Position numbers and translations under genes: made by a program. A stretch of 36,195 nt of DNA, taken from NCBI GenBank assembly GCA_044344895.1, contig JBIJCD010000001.1, forward strand, positions 1 to 36,195, in the 5' to 3' direction. Below, piece by piece: positions 30,098 through 36,195 of the stretch. This stretch comes from Pirellulales bacterium. GTDB lineage: Bacteria > Planctomycetota > Planctomycetia > Pirellulales > UBA1268. Below the pieces are notes generated by a model that worked only from the letters and a program-made list of their open reading frames with translations, did no database searches and was not told the DNA's origin. Numbering within the stretch: position 1 is the stretch's first letter; every line of letters starts with the position of its first letter.

Positions 30098-31915
30098 TCA
30101 ACCGCCGGCCGTGACCGTCACGAAAAACGCGCCGCACAGCGGCTCGTCGGCGGCGTCGGCGAACCAGGCCTCGAGGGTGGTGACGCCGGCGGGCAAGTCC
30201 AGCCGCACCACCGCCGCCTTCGCCTGCGGGTCGGCCGCGGCCTGCGCCTCGCGGCCGGCGATCTTCACATGAGCCCGCGCGATCGCCGGAAAAGCCCGCA
30301 CCGGCGCCGGCTGCTTCTTCGCGGGCTGCTCGCCGCGGAGCTCGGCTGTGGCGCCCAGCGCGGCGTCGGCCTTGGGCGGCCAGCGGCGCAGCGCGAACTC
30401 GTAGGTGCCCGGCCGCTCCACGCGAATGTGCCAGCGGCCGCCCGTCGGGCCGCCGACCGCCTCCGCCACGAAGCCGACGTTGTCGGCGTAGATGTCCTGC
30501 CAGTCGCCGCTGGTCAGCTCCACGACCGGCTGCTCGGCCGCACCCAGGCTCTGCGGCACGAACTCGCCCACCATCTTCTCGACGCCCTGCCACCAGGATT
30601 CGTAGTCGCCGCGGAGGCGGGCCACGATCTCGGGATGATCCGCGGCGCGGTTGTGCGCCTGGGCCCGGTCGGCCGAGACGTCGTAGAGTTCGACGCCCTT
30701 CACGAGCCGCCACGGGCCACGGATGACGCAGGCCTCGTGCTTCGCCGGCGTCTGGCCGTATTGGACGACGAGCGTGCGCTCGGGCAGGGCGGCCGGGTCG
30801 CCGCGGAGCAGCTTCGCGAGGCTCGCGCCCGCGTAGGCCGCGTCCGCGGGCGGCCGCACCGGCTGCGGCACGCCGCAGAAATCGCAGAGCGTCGGCAGCA
30901 GATCGGTGTTTTGCGTCGGCACGTCGACGTCCCGCGGCACGCCGAGCCCGCCGCGTGGCCAGCGGATCCAGCAGGGCACGCGGTGGCCGCCCTCGTAGTA
31001 GGTCGTCTTGCCGGCCCGCAGGCCGGCGTTGAACGTCTTCACGCCCGCCGTGCCGCCGTTGTCGGTGAGGAAGACCACGATCGTGTCGTCGCGGAGCCCC
31101 TCCGTGGCGAGGAAACGGTCGAGGTCACCGAACCGGGCGTCGACGTGGGCGATCATCCCGAAGAAGCCAGCGGGCAGCCCCGGCCGCCGGTAGGGCTCGA
31201 TGGAGGGCTCGAGGTCGATGTGAGGGGCGTGCGGCGCGTTGGTCGGGATGTAGCAGAGGAACGGCTTGCCCGCCTCCCGCTGCCGCTTCATCCAGCGCAT
31301 CGCCTCGTCGAACCACAGGTCGGTGCAGTGGCCTCGATACGGCTCCTCGACGCCGTTGCGAAAGCAGCGGCCGTCGACCAGCGGCCAGCCGGCCTCGGGC
31401 GTGCTGTGCAGCTGGCCCCAGCCGAGGTGGTAGACGCTTTCCTGAAAACCCTTGTCGTGCGGGCGGTGCGGATACGAGTCGCCGAGGTGCCACTTGCCGA
31501 AGATGCCGGTGGCGTAGCCGGCGCGTGCCAGGATCTCGGGGAGCGTCGGCAGGCCGGGTCGCAGGAAGGTGCGGCCGGCGGTGACGGACGTGGCCCCGTT
31601 GCGCAGCGCCGCCAACCCCGTGAGCAGCTGCCCGCGGGTGGGGCTGCACATCGGCGCGACGTGGAAGTCGGTGAGCCGCACCGCCTCCCCGGCGAAGGCG
31701 TCGAAGTGGGGCGTCTGGAGGACGGGATTGCCGGTGAACGAAAAATCGCCGAGACCCTGGTCGTCGGTCATCACGATGACGACGTTGGGCCGGGCCGGCG
31801 CGGCTGCGACGGGCCGCGCGGCGTCGAGGCCACCTGCGTGCGCGAGCATCCAGACGGCGATTCCGGCGGCGAGCCGTGGACAGCGGCCGGGCGAGGGGTG
31901 GCGGTGGTGGCGCAT
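30098..31915 (-). CDS. arylsulfatase (Cys-type, formylglycine-dependent) with C-terminal extra domain
   Basis: 605-aa ORF. PNVVIVMTDDQGLGD, signature CSPTRGQLLTGL, GKWHLGD, and the TDNGG block. Confidence 0.9.
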   Translation of the reverse strand: MRHHRHPSPGRCPRLAAGIAVWMLAHAGGLDAARPVAAAPARPNVVIVMTDDQGLGDFSFTGNPVLQTPHFDAFAGEAVRLTDFHVAPMCSPTRGQLLTGLAALRNGATSVTAGRTFLRPGLPTLPEILARAGYATGIFGKWHLGDSYPHRPHDKGFQESVYHLGWGQLHSTPEAGWPLVDGRCFRNGVEEPYRGHCTDLWFDEAMRWMKRQREAGKPFLCYIPTNAPHAPHIDLEPSIEPYRRPGLPAGFFGMIAHVDARFGDLDRFLATEGLRDDTIVVFLTDNGGTAGVKTFNAGLRAGKTTYYEGGHRVPCWIRWPRGGLGVPRDVDVPTQNTDLLPTLCDFCGVPQPVRPPADAAYAGASLAKLLRGDPAALPERTLVVQYGQTPAKHEACVIRGPWRLVKGVELYDVSADRAQAHNRAADHPEIVARLRGDYESWWQGVEKMVGEFVPQSLGAAEQPVVELTSGDWQDIYADNVGFVAEAVGGPTGGRWHIRVERPGTYEFALRRWPPKADAALGATAELRGEQPAKKQPAPVRAFPAIARAHVKIAGREAQAAADPQAKAAVVRLDLPAGVTTLEAWFADAADEPLCGAFFVTVTAGG

Positions 31916-32071
31916 GGGATCATCCGGGAGTTGGATTGGGCTCGTTCTACGAGCCGGCTGTGAAGGACGTGCCAGGAGTGTATCTGGCGTCCGCCGGCGG
32001 CAGCCGATCAGCCCGAATGTCGGGCGTCGGCGTCGGCGGCCCGCTCGCTGCCAAGGCCGGCGGGTGCCGAG

Positions 32072-34813
32072 TCAGCGTCCCGTCGACCGCCGGGGCCGTT
32101 CGACCGCCGGCAAGGCCGCCGACCAGTTGACGCCATACATGGCGAACGCGGTCGTCAGTGCGGACCCGCTGGCCGGCGTCCGACCGTCGGCGGAGCCGGC
32201 CACTCGGGCTGCCCCGACCGTGCCCGCCGCCAGTGCCGAGAAGGCCAGCCGCAGCTGGTAGACACCGGTCGAGCCGGCCGCTCCTGAACCGGCCGTCGCC
32301 GGCACGTAGGAGCGATTGCCGAATCCGGACACACCCACGTAGTAGGTGCCGGATCCGGACACCTTTCTGGCGAGGTAGCTGTCGGTGGTGCCCCCAGAGT
32401 CGTCGTTTGCGGCGACCTGGCGACCCCGCGAGTCGAAGAGCCGCACGAAGCTGTCGAGCGTGGAGGATCCAGGCAACGTGACGGCGTCGATGTCGATGAC
32501 GATCGTCTGGCCGGCGACGAGCGTCACCCGGTAGAGGTCGACGTCCTTGGTTCCCCAGCTGCCGTCGCCGACGGCCCCCGCCAGCCGGATCTCGCCCGCG
32601 GTGATGCCGACCACGGCGGCCGTGGACAGCGAGTCACCGGCATCGACGAGTGTGGCGGCTTGCGTCATCCAGGTGTCGGTCACCGATGCGGTGAGCGACA
32701 CGCCGTCCGTCGAGACGATGCCACTGCCCGAGGCTTTGAGCGCGAGCGTGTAGGTGCCAGCGGAGGCGGTGGCGGCGTCGAGTCCGTTGATCGTCCAGCG
32801 GACGTTGTCGGCGGTGGTGACGGTGATCCCGGACAGCGGCACGGACGAGCCGTCGCGCACCAGCGACAGGTCGGCAGGATCGAAGCCTGTCACCGGCCGG
32901 TCGAACACCACCAACACGGCACCGACGGACGTCGTGCGCGGGTCGGGCGACACGTCGACGATGTCGGCTGCCGGGGCCGGCAGCGCCACCGTAAACGTGG
33001 CGGCATAGCTGCCCGTGGTGGTGCCCGCTCCGCCGCTGCCCGCCGTGGTGGCCGAGTAGGCCGAGTTGGCGTAGGACGAGATTCCCACGTAATAGGTGCC
33101 CGCCGCCGGGGCGGTGAAGGAGACGAGGCTGTCGAGCGAACCGGCGTCGTCATTGGCAGCCAGCTGCCGTCCGGCGGCATCGAACACCCGCAGATACGAG
33201 TCGAGCGGCGAGCCGATCGACTGGGCGTCGATGTCGACGGTGAGCGTGCCGCCGGCGGGCATGGCCACGGCGAACAGGTCGACGTCGGCCGTGCCATACG
33301 TGCCGTCGCCCACCGTGGCGGCGAGCGACGCCCGGCCTCCCGTGAGCGCCACGGCCGCGGCTGTGGCGATGGAGTCGTTGGCCTCGTATGGACCGTTCGC
33401 CGCCGGCGGCGGGGGCGGGGGCGCGCCCACCAGGGCGGTGATCGCCGCAGCGGCGTTCACGACCCCTCCGGTGGCCACCTTGCCGGCGAGGCCCGCCACG
33501 GGCGTCGCGGTGGAGAGGATGGCCGAGCGGATCTGGTCCGCCGTGGCGTCGGGCTTGGCCGCCTTCAGCAGCGCCACGACGCCCGTCACGTGCGGCGTCG
33601 CCATCGACGTGCCGCTGTAGGAGGAGTAGGTGTTGTTGGGGGTCGTCGAGAGAATGCCGACGCCCGGCGCGGCGACGTCGACGCTCGTCGCCCCGTAGTT
33701 GGAGAAGGATGCGAGGCGGTTCGACGAGTCGGTGGCGGCCACCGCGATGATCGAGCCGCTCGTGTAGCTGGCCGGATACGACGCGGTCGCGTCGTTGTTG
33801 AGGCCGTCGTTGCCCGCGGCCGCGACGAACAGGATGCCGGCCGATCCGCCCGCGGTGATGGCGTTTTGCAGGCTCGAGGAGAAGCCGCCGCCCCCCCAGC
33901 TGTTGTTGGTGGCGACGACGTTCGCGCCGAAGTCGCGGCGCATCCTCGTGGCGTAATTGATCGCGGCGATCGCGGCGCTCGTCGTGCCGCTGCCGCTGGC
34001 GTCGAGGAATTTCAGCCCCATGATCGACACCTGCCAGTTGACGCCGGCGACACCCGTGCCGTTGTTGCCGACGGCACCGATCGTGCCGGCGACGTGCGTG
34101 CCGTGGCCCTGATCGTCGAAGGGATCGGCGTCGTTGTTGGCGAAATCCCAGCCGTAGATGTCGTCGACGTAGCCGTTGCCATCGTTGTCGATGCGGTCGC
34201 CGGCCACTTCACGGGGGTTCGTCCAGACGTTGGCGGCGAGGTCGGGATGCCGGTAGTCGATGCCGGTGTCGATCACGGCGACCACGACGGAGCGGGATCC
34301 GGTGGTGACGTCCCACGCCTCCGGGGCGTCGATGTCGGCGTCGGCGAGGCCGCCGGTTTGGGCGGTGTTGTTGAGGCCGTAGAGCCGGTTGAACGAGGGA
34401 TCGTTGGGGAGCGCCGACGCCGAGATCATCCGGTCCGGCTCGAGGCCGTGAACGCCGGCCGCGGCGGCCCAGCCGCGTACATCGGCCACCGAGGCGCCCG
34501 GCGTCGTGAGCGAGTAGAACCCCTCGCCAAGCGACCGCGACTGCCATCCCGACCGGAGCTGCGGCGCATCGGCTCCAGCGGACTGGACGATCCAGCCGTC
34601 GGTGCGGGAGTCGACCGGAAGCCCATCCCACTCGATCCGGCAGATGCTCGCCGCCCGGGCCAGGTCGGCGGCCATGGGCGTTCGCGATTCCAGCCGCTCG
34701 ATCGCCGGGAGCGACCGGCGACGGCCTGCGGTCCGACCGCGAGTCGTTCGCGTGCTTCTCGTCGACGTGGTGCTCGGGAAGCCCGTTCCCGACTGCCGTC
34801 CGCTGCGGTTCAT
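32072..34813 (-). CDS. S8 family serine peptidase (subtilase) with two pre-peptidase C-terminal (PPC)-like domains
   Basis: Start at the ATG at 34813 with AAGGAGG 7 nt upstream; the longer ORF reaching 35032 has no SD. Triad blocks VAVIDTGID, HGTHVAG, GTSMATPHV. Two paralogous modules of about 135 aa (about 32987-33391 and 32237-32644) share GDG.(Y/W)GT.DVDL(F/Y), LDS(Y/F)(L/V)R(V/L)FD, AANDD, GTYYVG(I/V)S. Confidence 0.88.
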   Translation of the reverse strand: MNRSGRQSGTGFPSTTSTRSTRTTRGRTAGRRRSLPAIERLESRTPMAADLARAASICRIEWDGLPVDSRTDGWIVQSAGADAPQLRSGWQSRSLGEGFYSLTTPGASVADVRGWAAAAGVHGLEPDRMISASALPNDPSFNRLYGLNNTAQTGGLADADIDAPEAWDVTTGSRSVVVAVIDTGIDYRHPDLAANVWTNPREVAGDRIDNDGNGYVDDIYGWDFANNDADPFDDQGHGTHVAGTIGAVGNNGTGVAGVNWQVSIMGLKFLDASGSGTTSAAIAAINYATRMRRDFGANVVATNNSWGGGGFSSSLQNAITAGGSAGILFVAAAGNDGLNNDATASYPASYTSGSIIAVAATDSSNRLASFSNYGATSVDVAAPGVGILSTTPNNTYSSYSGTSMATPHVTGVVALLKAAKPDATADQIRSAILSTATPVAGLAGKVATGGVVNAAAAITALVGAPPPPPPAANGPYEANDSIATAAAVALTGGRASLAATVGDGTYGTADVDLFAVAMPAGGTLTVDIDAQSIGSPLDSYLRVFDAAGRQLAANDDAGSLDSLVSFTAPAAGTYYVGISSYANSAYSATTAGSGGAGTTTGSYAATFTVALPAPAADIVDVSPDPRTTSVGAVLVVFDRPVTGFDPADLSLVRDGSSVPLSGITVTTADNVRWTINGLDAATASAGTYTLALKASGSGIVSTDGVSLTASVTDTWMTQAATLVDAGDSLSTAAVVGITAGEIRLAGAVGDGSWGTKDVDLYRVTLVAGQTIVIDIDAVTLPGSSTLDSFVRLFDSRGRQVAANDDSGGTTDSYLARKVSGSGTYYVGVSGFGNRSYVPATAGSGAAGSTGVYQLRLAFSALAAGTVGAARVAGSADGRTPASGSALTTAFAMYGVNWSAALPAVERPRRSTGR

Positions 34814-34902
34814 GGGAGGCCTCCTTCGCAGTCGACCGTCGTTCCCCCGGCTGAGATCATTCCGCCCCGCAGCCACCCGCGGGAACGGATGTCCGGGAGA
34901 TC

Positions 34903-34918
34903 TGCATTCCGCGTGCCA
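34903..34918 (-). promoter_or_regulatory. sigma-54 (-24/-12) type promoter upstream of the S8 peptidase gene
   Basis: The minus strand reads CTGGCACGCGGAATGCA. TGGCACG is perfect, the GG and GC dinucleotides are separated by exactly 10 nt, and the -12 element is ATGCA versus consensus TTGCA. The predicted start is about 80 nt upstream of the ATG at 34813. Confidence 0.5.
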
Positions 34919-35082
34919 GATGCCTGCAATCGGTGAATTGCCCGGGAAAGGTCCGGCATTGGCGGCAGCGGCCCGGCTCGGCCGCGGGAAACCTCCGCCG
35001 CATTTTGCACCTCCTGCGGCAGCGCGTTGCATTTTTGTCCGCTCCGCGCCGGGTGGAAGGCCGGTAGGATCGTGACGATTTC

Positions 35083-35715
35083 GTGGCTCCCGCCGTCCTC
35101 GGCCTTCCGCACATGCACCCCCAAGCCCACCGAGCCATCGTCGTCACGGGAGGTCCAGGCGGGGGCAAGACGACGGCGCTCGACCTGTTTCAGCGGGAGC
35201 TGAAGTCGGCGGTGAAGATCGTGCCGGAGGCGGCGACGCTGCTCTTCGGCCACGGACTTGGCCGGGATGTGGGCGAACGCGACCCGCTGCCACTCCAGCG
35301 GGCGATCTACCGGATGCAGACCGGGCTCGAAGACATCTTTCGCGACTGCTATCCGCAGCGGCTGCTGATCTGCGATCGCGGCACGCTCGACGGCCTCGCC
35401 TACTGGCCGGGCGACGAGGCCGGCTACTTCGCCAGCCTCGGCACGACCTACGAGCGGGAGGCGGCCCGCTATGGCGCGGTGATCTTCTTCCAATCGGCGG
35501 CGATCCACGGCGAGGACGTGCGGAGCAACAACCCCTACCGCTCGGAGGATTCCCGCACCGCGGCGGCCCTCGACGAGCGGCTGAAGCGGGTGTGGGAACG
35601 GCACCCGGGCTTCCGCTACATCCCCACGGAGGCGTCGTTCATGCGGAAGATCAACGCGGGACTGGCGGCGATCACCCGCGCCATCGAGACGATGCAGGCC
35701 GCGCCGGGTGGCTGA
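35083..35715 (+). CDS. small P-loop NTPase (AAA_28 / COG3911-like predicted ATPase)
   Basis: 210-aa ORF with a GTG start; an alternative ATG at 35113 gives MHPQAHRAIVVTGGPGGGKTT. Walker A is GGPGGGKTT. LLICDRG is Walker-B-like. GC3 is high. Confidence 0.7.
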   Translation: MAPAVLGLPHMHPQAHRAIVVTGGPGGGKTTALDLFQRELKSAVKIVPEAATLLFGHGLGRDVGERDPLPLQRAIYRMQTGLEDIFRDCYPQRLLICDRGTLDGLAYWPGDEAGYFASLGTTYEREAARYGAVIFFQSAAIHGEDVRSNNPYRSEDSRTAAALDERLKRVWERHPGFRYIPTEASFMRKINAGLAAITRAIETMQAAPGG

Positions 35716-35742
35716 CGAGGCGGATCGTGCCGGCCCGTTCGG

Positions 35743-35777
35743 CATCGGGGGGCAGGCCTCGTGCGCACCCCCCGATG
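35743..35777 (+). terminator. hairpin (10-bp stem CATCGGGGGG / CCCCCCGATG, 15-nt loop) followed by TTTCCTCC, 28 nt after the ATPase stop
   Basis: I verified that the arms are exact reverse complements. A short T-run follows on the plus strand. Confidence 0.45.
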
Positions 35778-35964
35778 TTTCCTCCGTGCCGGCCGGGGGC
35801 AGTGGCGGCTAGTGCGCATCCCGGTTTGGTGGAGCGACGGCTTCGGGGCGGCAAAAGTCTCGTCGCGTGGGCCGAGGCGGCCCAAAGCTCCTCGAGCGTT
35901 CGCCGACCCCTCGCCTGCGTCTCCAGGTTTGCCAAGTCGTCGCTCCAGCTAAACCAGATGCGCT

Positions 35965-36195
35965 CTAGGGACGCGACACGCCGTAACGTCTCAGCGTGCT
36001 GGCAAGCGACTGCGGGCTGACGCCGAGGGCGGATGCCGCCTGAGGCAGGCTGCCGCCCGCGCGGCGGATCGCTTCGACGACCAGCATCCGCTGCCACTCG
36101 GCCAGTCGCAGCGTGCCGGTCTCCGCCACGGCCGAGCCGATCGGCGACGCCGACTCAGGGGCCTGCGACTCGGCCAGAACGAAGTGCCACAGGGT
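35965..36195 (-). CDS. C-terminal fragment of a Fis-type HTH regulator, probably a sigma-54-dependent enhancer-binding protein (5' part outside window)
   Basis: The minus-strand frame is open from the window edge to TAG (35967-35965). Translation: ..TLRLAEWQRMLVVEAIRRAGGSLPQAASALGVSPQSLASTLRRYGVSRP. This is the HTH_8 pattern found at the C-terminus of NtrC-family activators. It is absent from the supplied ORF track because it has no start codon in the window. Confidence 0.6.
   Translation of the reverse strand, partial: TLWHFVLAESQAPESASPIGSAVAETGTLRLAEWQRMLVVEAIRRAGGSLPQAASALGVSPQSLASTLRRYGVSRP

Noticed and set aside
26341-34936. Very long plus-strand ORFs (26341..28530, 28358..31963, 32660..34936) opposite the four-gene minus-strand array
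   Set aside because: The translations are Arg/Gly/Pro-rich without recognisable domains. The minus-strand frames carry sulfatase, subtilase and cytochrome c signatures. These are high-GC antisense artefacts.
35018-35031. Plus-strand GGCAGCGCGTTGCA resembling a sigma-54 promoter for the ATPase gene
   Set aside because: The GG-to-GC spacing is 9 nt rather than the invariant 10, and the -24 element lacks the TGGCAC core.

Overview
High-GC (about 68-70%) chromosomal segment. Gene content is typical of Planctomycetota: Cys-type sulfatases, a PVC-type CxxCH heme-binding protein, a bacterial SHD1-domain protein, and a large S8 peptidase with an ERLESR-type N-terminal motif. I support 27 protein-coding genes (two truncated by the window edges). 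I saw no rRNA, tRNA, CRISPR array or IS element. Gene order: DUF721 fragment, then gyrB. Next is a tightly packed six-gene sugar-acid operon (UxaE-like epimerase, ketose-epimerase-like TIM barrel, RbsD/FucU mutarotase, L-galactose/L-fucose-dehydrogenase-like AKR, amidohydrolase-2 lactonase, LgoD-like Zn-dehydrogenase). Then come a porin-like beta-barrel, pgk, an SHD1-domain secreted protein (-) and class II ribonucleotide reductase nrdJ (-). A PfpI/DJ-1 - Fur-family - SASA-esterase operon follows, then GDSL esterase (-), acyltransferase-3, rhodanese (-), sulfatase (-) and a hypothetical membrane-anchored protein. A CPA2 antiporter (-) lies divergent from a MarR regulator. A minus-strand array follows: S8 peptidase, sulfatase, dimethylformamidase-beta-like protein, PVC heme-binding protein. 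The window ends with a small P-loop ATPase and the C-terminal Fis-HTH of a probable sigma-54 activator (-). The most interesting readings are: (1) the six-gene operon reads as an L-galactose to D-tagaturonate to D-fructuronate route; (2) a near-consensus sigma-54 promoter precedes the S8 peptidase gene; (3) a promoter/operator architecture is shared by the MarR and antiporter genes; (4) a palindromic AT island overlaps the nrdJ -10 box; (5) an unexplained 340-nt stretch between the nrdJ stop and a very strong terminator. All family assignments rest on motif recognition from memory and on GC3/frame logic, not on database searches.
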